Source of the DNA: a candidate division FCPU426 bacterium
Lineage (GTDB): Bacteria; Oederibacteriota; PGYV01; Palsa-1178
DNA length: 64,000 bases
Direction: 5' to 3'
Assembly (NCBI GenBank): GCA_963840035.1
Contig: CAWIXE010000002.1
Coordinates: forward strand, 1,312,001-1,376,000
Both the position numbers and the translations under genes were made by a program. The notes beneath the pieces were generated by a model. It had not been told where the DNA came from. It searched no databases and worked only from the letters and a program-made list of their open reading frames with translations. Each line of letters starts with the position of its first letter. Within the stretch, counting starts at the first letter, position 1. This document shows positions 1 through 10,326 of the stretch, piece after piece.

Positions 1-2747
1 GGATAAACAAGCACTTCATTATCATTTTGCGGCATGGTTACGGAGTGCGTTGGTGTTATTGTGGGGGTTATGGTTACTGTCGGGACAATATTTGGCGTTT
101 TGGTTTTTGTAAAGGTATATGCCGGCGTGGGGGTTTTTGTAAAAGTGCGCGTCCAGGTACGCGTCGCAGTAACAGTCGCGGTAGGGCTAAAAGACGGCGT
201 TTCAGTGGCTGACGCCGTAAATGTTTCTGTTATAGTCATTGTCCCTGTTGCCGTCATAGTGTATGTAAATGTCGGCGTATCTGTTTCCGTCGGCGGCGTG
301 CCCGTTATGGTCTGTGTCGGGCTGTAATCCGGAGTTTCTGTTTTGGTACTGGTAAAAGTCGTGCTTTGTGTTTTTGTGGATGTCATGGTAGCGGTTGATG
401 TCGCGGTTTTTGTGTTGCTTGGGGATGGTGTAAATGTGACAGTCCTTGAATAAGTCGGGGTCGCCGTAGCCGCCTTTGAATGCAGCACGAGGTTGTCCAT
501 GTAAAACACGCCGGTTTTGATTGCCGCAGGGTCGCTGTTTAGCGCAAAAAAGTAATTCACTATGGGGTCCGCCGCCGAAAGTGGCGCGGGATTTGGCTGT
601 GTCGCATGGCTGTCCGTGTCCAGCGCCGGGTCCAGGATAAATGTCAGGTGGTTCATCCCTGACTGTATGGTCACCGGGCCTGTCAGTTTTCTGTAGTCCT
701 TTCCATTTGATGTATCGACAAAAAGCTGAAGTTCATGCCAGCCCGAACCCGCGAGCCACGGCAGGTTTGCCGGGTCCACGTAAACATCCATGGTAAGCGT
801 CTCATACCCGCTCCAGTCCGTGGTTGTTATGCCGTTGCAGAAAATAATCTGATCATTCCATCCTGCCGCGGCTGTGATATCAACTTTTACAGAACCGGTA
901 CCTTCAAAAATAGCGGCCGGAACCGTTGTATTTATGGTTACCGTGGAATTTGTGCCTCCGGCAAGGGTCCCGTTGTATGTCAGCGAATCGCATGTATTAA
1001 GTATGGTAACAGGCGTCGTGGCTGTCGCGGTTAAGGTCGGAGTGGCTGACCAGTTTGGCGTACTTGTCCTTGATGCCGTCCTTGTGGAAGTTGGCGTAGA
1101 GGTCCAATTTGGCGTGTTGGTCGGTGTCGCGCCTGACTTTATAATAAAATGGAAGGCCGAATGCGCCGGGACCGAATACGAGAAAACGTTTCCGGAAATC
1201 GACGGCGCTGTCCTTAAGGTAATCGCGGAACTCGCGCCTCCAAAAGCCCAGGCCTCGCCCGATGTATACGTCTGCGCGCTTGCGATTGACACATTGGCAG
1301 TCTGCGCGGTGGCAGCCTTATTTAACACAATTACATGCACCGTCGAATCATCGCTTCCTGTTATAGACGCGTAGCATGTTATGTTCGGTATGTCATTTGA
1401 ATCGCACTGGACATTGGTATCTCCGTAGGTCCCGTTGGAACCGTTGTAATTGCGGTACAATTTGTACGCTGCAGAGTGGAATAGCCCGTAGCCGGATTTC
1501 CACATGGTGGCAAAGTATACGCCGTACTTCCCGAATATTCCAAGCACGTCAGCCAGGCATATTCCCCCGGAATAATCATTGCCGCCTCCAAATCCGTGCT
1601 CTGTAATGGCGATTTTTGTGCCGGGGTAATATGTATTTATCGAAGCCTGCACCTTCGGAAGCAGGGGCAACCCGTAGGTCCAGCTGTTTAACACATTTTC
1701 CCCTAGCGAGCTGTTCTCAACATATGTTGCGTCCCATAGCGACCTGGGCGATTGGAGGCGCGCCAGTGCCGCCGCCGTTGACGTACAGCCATCCGCTGTT
1801 ATCCTGCACTGGCCGCCCGAGAAATTAAACGGCGGGTACAGCCCTTCCCTTGCCTCGGAATAATAATGAATGTCTATGGCGTCGAGCAGCCTGCGTCCGT
1901 CCGCATCAGAAGCGGATTTCATCTGCTTTAAATAATAATCAACATACCACGAATAAGTGCCTTTCAGGGAAGCCCAATCAGCCCCTACGCTGGCCATGGT
2001 CCATACGCCGTAAAACGCCGGGCCGAAAACCTGCGCGTACTGGTCCACATCCTTGATGGCCTTGGAAAGGCTTATGCCCTTGTTCACCCACTCTGCCGCG
2101 CCGACAGGGGCCGGGTGGATGAGCGGGTGCGTCCCGTCCCACGCGTCCCCCTCGTTATCAAGCTGGTATATTTTAACCCCGGTCTGGGTCGAGGCATTGC
2201 CGTATTTTTGAACCAGGTGCCATACTTCCTCATCATCATATACATAACCGTCGCCGGTATCCGGCGGGAAAGCAAAAGCGCTCCCTTTTTTGAATACCAC
2301 CTGTTTCCATCTTGCTGACGGCGCAATTTCCGCCGCAGATACGGTCCCGTTCTTGTCAGCCGCGACGTACCCGGCCATGGGAAGCGTGAGTATGGACACG
2401 TAGTTGCGGCTGTTGCAGTATTCCACGAAATGATCTATGACTGAGGCAGGTGACGCGCATTCCGCGGCCGAGACGGGATACTCAGTGGCTCCGCACATGT
2501 AGTCGTCGCTTGACTGGAACCAGTCCGCACCGGCATTGGACGCGTTATTTTCCCAATTGTAACCGGTCATCCTGTTGCCGCCCAAACGCATGCAGGTTAA
2601 GTTTTCATCGCCTTCCATCTGCTGGTTGGTGCCGTAGATATAGGGGCTTATGGCAGAGCGGTTGTTATTTGTGTTTATTGTTATGGTGGCGGCATATGAC
2701 AGCTGTGCAAATATTAACGTGAAAACAAACGCAAGTTTTAGCCTCAT
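1..2747 (-). CDS. Secreted GH44 endoglucanase/xyloglucanase with Thr/Pro linkers, a CBM-like domain and the start of a C-terminal sorting domain (3' end runs off the window)
   Basis: Not in the ORF track (no stop in window). Manual translation from ATG 2747 (alternative 2753): signal peptide, ISPYIYGTN, RLGGNRMTGYNWENNASNAG, YYPGTKIAITEHG. The same frame at the window edge reads TPTHSVT...EVLVYP; frame spot-checked at three places. Confidence 0.85.
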   Translation of the reverse strand, partial: MRLKLAFVFTLIFAQLSYAATITINTNNNRSAISPYIYGTNQQMEGDENLTCMRLGGNRMTGYNWENNASNAGADWFQSSDDYMCGATEYPVSAAECASPASVIDHFVEYCNSRNYVSILTLPMAGYVAADKNGTVSAAEIAPSARWKQVVFKKGSAFAFPPDTGDGYVYDDEEVWHLVQKYGNASTQTGVKIYQLDNEGDAWDGTHPLIHPAPVGAAEWVNKGISLSKAIKDVDQYAQVFGPAFYGVWTMASVGADWASLKGTYSWYVDYYLKQMKSASDADGRRLLDAIDIHYYSEAREGLYPPFNFSGGQCRITADGCTSTAAALARLQSPRSLWDATYVENSSLGENVLNSWTYGLPLLPKVQASINTYYPGTKIAITEHGFGGGNDYSGGICLADVLGIFGKYGVYFATMWKSGYGLFHSAAYKLYRNYNGSNGTYGDTNVQCDSNDIPNITCYASITGSDDSTVHVIVLNKAATAQTANVSIASAQTYTSGEAWAFGGASSAITLRTAPSISGNVFSYSVPAHSAFHFIIKSGATPTNTPNWTSTPTSTRTASRTSTPNWSATPTLTATATTPVTILNTCDSLTYNGTLAGGTNSTVTINTTVPAAIFEGTGSVKVDITAAAGWNDQIIFCNGITTTDWSGYETLTMDVYVDPANLPWLAGSGWHELQLFVDTSNGKDYRKLTGPVTIQSGMNHLTFILDPALDTDSHATQPNPAPLSAADPIVNYFFALNSDPAAIKTGVFYMDNLVLHSKAATATPTYSRTVTFTPSPSNTKTATSTATMTSTKTQSTTFTSTKTETPDYSPTQTITGTPPTETDTPTFTYTMTATGTMTITETFTASATETPSFSPTATVTATRTWTRTFTKTPTPAYTFTKTKTPNIVPTVTITPTITPTHSVTMPQNDNEVLVY

Positions 2748-2758
2748 AGTCATCCTTT

Positions 2759-5700
2759 TTATTTTATTATCAACAAAAGTTTTATCGTTGATTTTTCTTC
2801 CCTGCTGCCGTAATTATATTCAACCTGCATAAAATAGGTGCCATTCGACATTGATTTAAAGCCGCTTTTGCTTAAATATACCACCTGTTTTCCGGGGCTT
2901 AAAGTGTTAAACTTTTCCGATAAAACACACCTGAACGAATTGGTATACACCTTTACTATAACGTCCGAAACCTTCGCCGGTTGCAGTACAATTCCGAGAT
3001 CCTGCGCCCCATCCGGGTCAAACGGGTTCGGAAAAACAGTTAAAACATCAGGAACGAGCGGCGCGGCGAATATGGTCGGGGTCATGGTGCCGGTTGGCGG
3101 TATGGTAATGGATGTTGTCGGCGTCATGGTTTTAGTCGCTGTAGCAGATGGCTGCGGCGTACGCGTAAAAGTCCATGTAAATATTGCTGATGTCCACGTT
3201 AAAGTTGGCGTGGCTGTCACTGTATTTGTTGAAGTATTCTCCGTAGTCTGCGTCAGAGTAGCCGTACGCGTCGCGGTATATGACGGCGTATTTGTGGCCG
3301 TATGCGTCAGGTAAGGAGGCACAAATGCCGGGCATAATTCATTTGACGCGTCAGCCTGCACAAGCACATTGCCCGCCCCCGAAGCGTCCATTAGATACAG
3401 ATTATAATTTCCCGGGCTGTTATTTACATAAACAATCTTAGAGCCGTCAGCGTTGTAATAGGGGTCGTCATTATCACCCGTTAATGACGAGACAACGGAT
3501 TTACCGCTTCCGGAGTAATCCATGGTAAAGATATTATCCGGCTGGCCCGCCGATGTTTTTGATACAAATAAAATCTCATCCGACAACGGGTTGCATGACG
3601 GGTACCAGTCCGGCATTGTATTATTTGTCAGCCTCACCGGCCCCGTCCCATTTGCATTCATCAGATAAATCTCATCTGTCAGGGAGTCGCCGGGCGTCAA
3701 ACGCGACACAAATACTATCTGCGAACCGTCCCGGGTGAAATCAGGGTCCCATTCTTCCGACGAAGCCATTCCCGCGGTCAAATTTACCTGGCCCGTCCCG
3801 TCCGAATTCATGATAAATATATCGCCGTAACCGTCATCCCTGTTTGACTTGAAAACAATCCTTGCGCCATCCGGTGAAAATGACGGGTCCCATTCAGTCG
3901 CGCCATTGCTTGTAAGCCTTGTAATTGAAAAATCATCCATATCCATTTTGTATATCTGGTAATTACCGCTCCTGTCGCTGGTAAACACCATCCAGTTTCC
4001 GTCTCTGGACATCATCGGGTTAAAGTCATTATACGCGTTGCTTGAGATGTTCGTTTCCACTCCGTTTGAAAGGTCGCGCGAGTAAATCTGCTCCTTGCCT
4101 CCCCTGTCAGAACAAAAAACAATTAAACCCGTAAGGCCGGTTACAGATGTGCCTGTAGCGGTGGGAGTATTCACAGCAGTACTGGTATTAGTAGCGGTAT
4201 TAGTCCGGGTGTCGGTATTAACCGGAGTATTTGTCCCGGTGCGTGTTGCCGTCTGTGTCGCCGTAGATGTATCCTCTGCCTGAGTATTTGTTGACGTGGG
4301 TGTGGCAGAGCGCGTATATGTGGCCGTGGGGCTGTGAGTGCGCGTATCAGTATCAGTTATAACAGGTGTGCCGCTGCCGGTGCCTGTCGGCGTGGATGAC
4401 GCGGTCTGTGTGCGCGTGGGCGTGGGTGTTGCTGTCTGAGTATGCGTCTTTGTGGCTGTCCGGGTTGCGGTTTTAGTCTGCGTCACAGTGGGTGTCATGG
4501 TGGCTGACATGCAGCTTATAAACGCGGATACTTCGGGCCTGTTGATTACATACGGGCTGCCATATACCGATTGTACATGCGCGAGCGAATTTTGAGCAGT
4601 ATCATTTTCAAAACCGTTCCATGTCATGAAGTACAACCAGCGCGCGCCTTCTGACTGCGCCTGCGCCATGTCCGGAATTGTTCCGGTTTCTGTCAGAGCC
4701 ACCATTTTATTCCCGTTTACCATGCTGAGTATATTGTAATATACAGAAGTGGACGGGCTATAATCAAGCCCGTTTAAATATATGTCCGCGCCGACTATGT
4801 CCACATACGCGTCTCCCGGATACCAGTTTATGGACTGCGCATTGTCCTGGCTGGTCCACACCCAAATGAGGTTGTTCAACCCGTGGTAATTTGTAAGCCT
4901 GTCATATACAAGCCTGTAAAGGCGCACGCACGCGTCATACCCCTGAGAACCCCACCAGAACCAGCCTCCCTGAGCCTCATGTAAAGGCCTCCACAAAACA
5001 GGAACCCCGGCGTCGCGCAGTTTTTTAAGCTGAACCGCAATCGCGTCAATGTCCCGCAGTATGTCAAGATAGTCCTGGGATGCCGGGTTATCCATTGCAT
5101 ATTTTACGTCAAAAGTTGAACAGGTATTATAGAAACCCCTCCACCATTCGCAGCCCGCCGTATTGCTGAGCTTGTTTGGCGCGTTCCAGTGCCACTGAAA
5201 CTGCACTATGCCGCCCGCCTGGTGCCATGCTATGGCTTTCTCAGCTTCAGTGGAAGTCGCGCCGAACGCCACGCGCGACGGCGAATAATCCATCATATCA
5301 AAACCTTTTATGGCGGGATATTGACCTGTGGCGGTATTAATCCATGTAACATCAGCGTCGCCGCACTGGCCCGATACTATGTTGCTTCCATAAATATCCG
5401 CAAAATAGTTCAGCAGGCAGTTTACTGCGGCGGTAGAATTAGGGTTAACCGGTATCCTGTTGCCCATAATCGGAGGAACTACGGCGGCCTCAACCCCGAA
5501 CCAGTCAATGTCCACCCAACCCCATGTGGCCACGATCTTAATCTCATTATTGCCCGCCATAAGCGGGACCATTCCCGCGGTAATAGTTGTAAATCCGGCG
5601 TTAACCGGAAAAACAACCCCAGCCTGGCGCGTGCCGTTTGCGTACAGGTCATTTTCCTTATAATCGGGCGCGTAGTAACGGATAGTTATGGTATACATGC

Positions 5701-5893
5701 CGCCTGTCGGCACGTTAACAGTTACAGCGCATGACGCCGGAGTACCGTCTATGCCGACACACGCCACACCCAGTGTTGTTGTGTCCGTGGCGTTGCCCGT
5801 ATTAACCCCATTTTCCGCCTGGTAAATGACAGGGGCGGAAAAAAGCAAAACTGTCAGTGTGATAAATGCCGCTGTGAATACTGCTCGTTTCAT
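2759..5893 (-). CDS. GH26 beta-mannanase: CBM35-like, GH26, Thr/Pro linker, TolB/PD40 propeller, linker, sorting-type CTD
   Basis: YQAENG; WRPLHEAQGGWFWWG; ALTETG; PSFSPDG repeats; C-terminal VFPNPF...NGTYF...KLLLIIK. Confidence 0.88.
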   Translation of the reverse strand: MKRAVFTAAFITLTVLLFSAPVIYQAENGVNTGNATDTTTLGVACVGIDGTPASCAVTVNVPTGGMYTITIRYYAPDYKENDLYANGTRQAGVVFPVNAGFTTITAGMVPLMAGNNEIKIVATWGWVDIDWFGVEAAVVPPIMGNRIPVNPNSTAAVNCLLNYFADIYGSNIVSGQCGDADVTWINTATGQYPAIKGFDMMDYSPSRVAFGATSTEAEKAIAWHQAGGIVQFQWHWNAPNKLSNTAGCEWWRGFYNTCSTFDVKYAMDNPASQDYLDILRDIDAIAVQLKKLRDAGVPVLWRPLHEAQGGWFWWGSQGYDACVRLYRLVYDRLTNYHGLNNLIWVWTSQDNAQSINWYPGDAYVDIVGADIYLNGLDYSPSTSVYYNILSMVNGNKMVALTETGTIPDMAQAQSEGARWLYFMTWNGFENDTAQNSLAHVQSVYGSPYVINRPEVSAFISCMSATMTPTVTQTKTATRTATKTHTQTATPTPTRTQTASSTPTGTGSGTPVITDTDTRTHSPTATYTRSATPTSTNTQAEDTSTATQTATRTGTNTPVNTDTRTNTATNTSTAVNTPTATGTSVTGLTGLIVFCSDRGGKEQIYSRDLSNGVETNISSNAYNDFNPMMSRDGNWMVFTSDRSGNYQIYKMDMDDFSITRLTSNGATEWDPSFSPDGARIVFKSNRDDGYGDIFIMNSDGTGQVNLTAGMASSEEWDPDFTRDGSQIVFVSRLTPGDSLTDEIYLMNANGTGPVRLTNNTMPDWYPSCNPLSDEILFVSKTSAGQPDNIFTMDYSGSGKSVVSSLTGDNDDPYYNADGSKIVYVNNSPGNYNLYLMDASGAGNVLVQADASNELCPAFVPPYLTHTATNTPSYTATRTATLTQTTENTSTNTVTATPTLTWTSAIFTWTFTRTPQPSATATKTMTPTTSITIPPTGTMTPTIFAAPLVPDVLTVFPNPFDPDGAQDLGIVLQPAKVSDVIVKVYTNSFRCVLSEKFNTLSPGKQVVYLSKSGFKSMSNGTYFMQVEYNYGSREEKSTIKLLLIIK

Positions 5894-6062
5894 AATGCCC
5901 TCATTTATTGACTATTGTCGATTGTCCATTGTCTATTCCTGGTATTTAGACAATGCCGGCTTTAATATGTTCTTATTATAACGTATTTATTGCGGGGTTT
6001 CAAACTATGATTAAGCGGTAAATCAAAATGTTTTAGTTTTATCTGTTTGGTTTTATATGGTT

Positions 6063-6192
6063 TGTTTTCGTAGGGGCGAGCCGGTGGCTCGCCCGGATTT
6101 AGACTTAGATCTAGAACTGGAACTGGATCTATTTCTATATCTGGATCCAGACCTAAAGCCGGGCGAGCCACCGGCTCGCCCCTACGAAAACA
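6063..6192. repeat. Inverted doublet of GTAG-type REP-like palindromes (REPIN-like)
   Basis: Perfect 34-bp inverted repeat (6063-6096 / 6159-6192). Each arm is GTAG plus hairpin GGGCGAGCC-ggt-GGCTCGCCC; the spacer is degenerate hexamers. Confidence 0.8.
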
Positions 6193-6219
6193 CAACGAAT
6201 CCAACACTTCAAAATATAG

Positions 6220-6245
6220 AAAAGCCCCCGTTTAAGGGGGCTTTT
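6220..6245. terminator. Intrinsic terminator-like hairpin (bidirectional)
   Basis: AAAAGCCCCC-gtttaa-GGGGGCTTTT. Confidence 0.7.
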
Positions 6246-6372
6246 CCGGGAAATAGCACAAAGAGCGTTCGCCCGCTCGTGTTGGCCGGGTTATCATATA
6301 TATCATAATTATCTGACAATCCTTTACCAATGGTTATGACAAGACATATTCTATTTAGTTGCTTTTAATAAG

Positions 6373-6388
6373 TGTGACGGAGGTCACA
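6373..6388. promoter_or_regulatory. CRP-family binding site
   Basis: TGTGA-cggagg-TCACA, a perfect TGTGA-N6-TCACA in AT-rich flanks. Confidence 0.6.
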
Positions 6389-6513
6389 ATTGCGGGAACT
6401 AAACTAAAAGTTAGAAGTTAAAAGCCAGAAGTAAATCGATAAACCAATAACTTCAAAACATTCGATTTTTTCTTTGAATTAGTATTCCTTCCGGATTATA
6501 ACTTCTTACTTGC

Positions 6514-7314
6514 TTATATACTTTTTATCTTATCAATCGGGGGTATTTTAGCTATACCCGCCTTAAACTCATAGGCTTTCAGGTACCTGACAAGGTTGTG
6601 TATGGCCAGGAAATAGCACAGCACAAATCCGGCTTTTCCGTCCAGAAACCCTTTACGGCCGATATAAAATTTAAAAAAAGTCATTACCGCGCGCGTATAT
6701 GCGGAGGCCACACCCACCCCCTTCATCTTCTTTGGATTTTCTGTTAAATCAACAGCGTCCGAAGTGGTGTAAGGGTTCATCTTCCTTAAAAATTGAAATA
6801 AATCAGGGTCAGTAAGGTGGTCAAAAGCGTTCTTTGATTTAATTGTTTTCCCCTGAAGGCTGACGGTGCAGTGTATATTCGCCGCGTTCCATTTGCCCTT
6901 TGACTTGCGGTAAAAACGCAGCTGGTAATCCGGGTGCCAGCAATGCATGGGTTTTCCCCAGAAATAATTCCAGCGCAGGACCCACATGCCCTCATATGAG
7001 GCGGTCATGGAGTCGTCTTCGAGGAAGTTAATAATCTCCTTTTTCAGCGGTTCTGTTACCCGCTCGTCAGCGTCAAAGGAAAAAACCCATTCATTTTTTG
7101 TCTTTTTAGAGAGCATTTCTTTTGACCTTGCGTGGCCCAAAAATGGTATTTTATATATTTTATTTGTGTATTTGCGGGCTATCTTTACCGTATTATCCGT
7201 GCTTCCCGTGTCGCCTATAACGATTTCATCCGCCCACGAAATGGATTTTAAGCATGCCTCTATGTTCTTTTCTTCATTAAGGGTGAGTATGAAAAAGGAT
7301 ACTTTTTTGCGCAC
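6514..7314 (-). CDS. GT2 glycosyltransferase (WaaE/KdtX-like)
   Basis: LTLNEEKNI, DTGSTDNT, WVFSFDADE, GFLDGKAG. Confidence 0.85.
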   Translation of the reverse strand: MRKKVSFFILTLNEEKNIEACLKSISWADEIVIGDTGSTDNTVKIARKYTNKIYKIPFLGHARSKEMLSKKTKNEWVFSFDADERVTEPLKKEIINFLEDDSMTASYEGMWVLRWNYFWGKPMHCWHPDYQLRFYRKSKGKWNAANIHCTVSLQGKTIKSKNAFDHLTDPDLFQFLRKMNPYTTSDAVDLTENPKKMKGVGVASAYTRAVMTFFKFYIGRKGFLDGKAGFVLCYFLAIHNLVRYLKAYEFKAGIAKIPPIDKIKSI

Positions 7315-7551
7315 AGGTCATCGCCTTTATCTTATTTTATGCCATTTCTTGAAGTTATTCAATATTAAACAAATCACCCATAAAAGTCAAGGGAATTCCC
7401 TTTTATGCCCAAATTTGGCACTGTAGCGGGCGCATTATATGCACCCGACAGCGGCCTGTAATGCTACAGCGGTAAAATACTGATGAATTTTCCCCTTGTC
7501 CTTATTGGCCATATGTTTTATGATATTTTCATGCTAAAAACTAACGGTTTC

Positions 7552-7600
7552 GGGACGCGCGGCTATGTCCCCGGCAAGTCGGGGAGAGCGCGTCCCCTAC
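7552..7600. repeat. REP-like GTAG palindrome
   Basis: GGGACGCGC...GCGCGTCCC followed by CTAC, with inner hairpin TCCCCG/CGGGGA. Confidence 0.45.
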
Positions 7601-7623
7601 AACGCATATTATAATGAGGTTGC

Positions 7624-9063
7624 ATGAAGACAAAACAATGGATTATTACGCTTATAGGGGGCTTGACGCTTTTCCGTCTCTTCTTTATTAACACATTCCC
7701 CCTTTTAGGGGACGAGGCCTATTACTGGCAGTGGGCGCGGCATCTGGATTTCGGTTATTACGAGCAGGGTCCCATGGTGGCCCTCGTAATTTTTATATGC
7801 ACCCTGTTTACCAAAATAAGCACTGTTTTTACTATACGCCTTGGGGCGGTCCTGCTTTCACTTGGCACGATGATCGTAATGTACTTTACTTACAAAAAAC
7901 TTAAGCCCGAAGATGAAAAATCCAACCTGCTCCACCTGGCCTTAATCAGCAGTTCCCTCCTATACGCTGTCGGCGCGGTGCTCATGATGCATGATACTGT
8001 AATGGTATTTTTCTACGCGCTTTTTCTTTATAATTTTACCAATATTTTAAAAGAACCTGAAAACAACATGCACTGGGGCCACGCCGGCATATTGCTCGGT
8101 CTTGCTATCATGAGCAAGTATACAGCCGGCGTCATATACTTCGGGATGGCCGCGTTCCTGATATTTACAGGTACCTTCCGCAAATATCTTAAGGGTTTTA
8201 TCTTCTTCACGCTTTTCACCCTGCTGTTTACAACCCCTGTCATATACTGGAATTTCACCCATGATTTTACCACTGTTAAGTATCTTATGATAAGAAGCGG
8301 CGTTAAAAGCGGATTTACCATTAAATATTTGCTTGAACTATTGGGGTCGCAGGCAGCCCTGTTATCCCCCATGCTTTTCATTGTATTCATATTTGCGTGT
8401 GTTTCAGCCTTAAAAAAACCGGCATTTGACGCCCGCTATGGTTTCACAACCCTGGCCTGGGTATCTCTGGCGCCTTTTGTCCTGCTCAGCCTTAAAGGCC
8501 GTGTAGAGGCCAACTGGCCGGCCTTCGCGTTCCTGCCCTTGTTTTACATTACCGCCGATTACATCTCATCGCTTAATCCGCCCCTCAAAAAGCGGGTAGT
8601 CTCATCCGTATTAATTACCGGTTTTGCCCTTGTAATCATTGCATTCGCGGCAGCGGCAAATTCATACAGCCTGCCTGAAAAAATCAACCCCTTAAGAAAA
8701 GCATACGGCTATAAAGAACTTGCCGAAAAAACTTATAAAATATATAATGAATACCGAGATAACGACAGGGTATTCCTCGCGGCAAGGCATTATCAGGCGG
8801 CCAGCCTGCTTAGTTTTTATACCCCGGGTCAGCCTGATTATTTTGTCTTAATACCCCATGAATCATCAAAAAATTACAGGTTCTGGAAGGGCTATGAAAA
8901 GTATAAAAACGGGAGCTGTATATTCGTATACAGCGATCCGTGGGAATCATCCGAGAACACGAAGTTCTTTAATAAGGCCTTAAAAACCGAGGAAGTAAAG
9001 ATTAAATTCGGCAATTACGGGATTAATACTTATAAGGTGGATGTTTTGGAAGGTTTGAAGTAG
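7624..9063 (+). CDS. ArnT/PMT-like (GT39/GT83) polytopic glycosyltransferase
   Basis: DEAYYWQW, SKYT, many TM segments. Confidence 0.82.
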   Translation: MKTKQWIITLIGGLTLFRLFFINTFPLLGDEAYYWQWARHLDFGYYEQGPMVALVIFICTLFTKISTVFTIRLGAVLLSLGTMIVMYFTYKKLKPEDEKSNLLHLALISSSLLYAVGAVLMMHDTVMVFFYALFLYNFTNILKEPENNMHWGHAGILLGLAIMSKYTAGVIYFGMAAFLIFTGTFRKYLKGFIFFTLFTLLFTTPVIYWNFTHDFTTVKYLMIRSGVKSGFTIKYLLELLGSQAALLSPMLFIVFIFACVSALKKPAFDARYGFTTLAWVSLAPFVLLSLKGRVEANWPAFAFLPLFYITADYISSLNPPLKKRVVSSVLITGFALVIIAFAAAANSYSLPEKINPLRKAYGYKELAEKTYKIYNEYRDNDRVFLAARHYQAASLLSFYTPGQPDYFVLIPHESSKNYRFWKGYEKYKNGSCIFVYSDPWESSENTKFFNKALKTEEVKIKFGNYGINTYKVDVLEGLK

Positions 9064-9177
9064 CTAGAAACGTGGTGCGTGATACGTTTTATGTGCTAAG
9101 TGACGGAACTGTTGTTTTCCACATGTCACATATCACGTAACACTTAGCACCAAAGAAAACATTAAAAGGAAAAACCA

Positions 9178-10326
9178 ATGAAGATCTTAGACCGATACAT
9201 AATCAAAGAGGTGGCTTTCATTTCCCTGATAGGGTTCTTCATATTCACGTTTTTCCTTGTGATGAACTCCCTCTTTGTCATGAGCGACCTGGTTATAAAA
9301 TACGGCATAAACATCTTCAAGGTCTTAAAGCTGCTCCTACTCCTGCTTCCTTCCACTGTCGCGGTCACAGTCCCCATGGCTTTCCTGGTGGGTATCCTGC
9401 TTACCTATTCGCGCCTGGTCCAGGATAACGAGTATCACGGCATGCAGGCCTCGGGAATAAGCATAACCGCTATAACGCTTCCGTCTGTCTGGCTTGCAAT
9501 AATTGTAACAATTGGCATGATATTCTTTAATAATTACGTCCTCCCTTTTTCCAACCTCGAATACAAGAAACTCTATTATGATATAGTAAAAAAACGCTCG
9601 AGCATCATGCTGCAGGAGCATACTTTCATAAATGACTTTGACAACTATGTGTTTTACATAGGCGACAAGGACAACAAGAACGATACGTTAAAGAACGTCA
9701 TTGTCTTCGTCAAAAATGAAAATGACCCGAACCAGCCTGCCAAAGTGATACTTTCCCGCACCGGCGAATTTATTTCAGACGAGGCCAGCTACAGGCTGGC
9801 TTTAAAGCTTCAGGACGGCCTCATACAGCTGGGTTCCTATGCCGACCCGGGTAAGCTTGACCAGATTGACTTTAGGACCAATTATGTCGACCTGGATATC
9901 CGCGGCGTGCTCCGCGCCAGGGCAAATCCTGATGACATAAAAGGCACCCGCGAAATGACCGGCGAAGAACTGATAAAAGAGATAAAAAAGGGGGCCGAGA
10001 GCAGGCACGATAAGAACTGGGTTTTTATAGAACTCTATAAAAAGGTTTCTATCCCATTTGCCGTCATTGCCTTTGCCATAGCCGGGATCCCGCTGGGACT
10101 GATGACTAAAAGGGGCGGCAGGGTTACGGGAATCAGTTTCTCTCTGGTACTTATATTCATTTATTACATACTCCTTTCCACCGGCCAGAACTACGGCTAT
10201 AACGGCCAGATGAATTATTTCTGGTCAGTGTGGATGCCCAATGCCTTCTTAACCGGCATCGGGCTGGCGCTTTTCCTGTACATGATGATAAAGCCCCATT
10301 TAAAGAAAAAGGTGAAACTCAAATGA
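9178..10326 (+). CDS. lptF: LPS export permease LptF
   Basis: ILDRYIIKE; RLVQDNEYHGMQASGIS; 6 TM pattern. Confidence 0.85.
   Translation: MKILDRYIIKEVAFISLIGFFIFTFFLVMNSLFVMSDLVIKYGINIFKVLKLLLLLLPSTVAVTVPMAFLVGILLTYSRLVQDNEYHGMQASGISITAITLPSVWLAIIVTIGMIFFNNYVLPFSNLEYKKLYYDIVKKRSSIMLQEHTFINDFDNYVFYIGDKDNKNDTLKNVIVFVKNENDPNQPAKVILSRTGEFISDEASYRLALKLQDGLIQLGSYADPGKLDQIDFRTNYVDLDIRGVLRARANPDDIKGTREMTGEELIKEIKKGAESRHDKNWVFIELYKKVSIPFAVIAFAIAGIPLGLMTKRGGRVTGISFSLVLIFIYYILLSTGQNYGYNGQMNYFWSVWMPNAFLTGIGLALFLYMMIKPHLKKKVKLK

Noticed and set aside
27..5734. Val-rich plus-strand ORFs
   Set aside because: Antisense shadows of Thr/Pro-rich linkers in the minus-strand hydrolases
5962..6308. Two ORFs sharing CFRRGEPVARP
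   Set aside because: Artefact of translating a perfect inverted repeat on both strands
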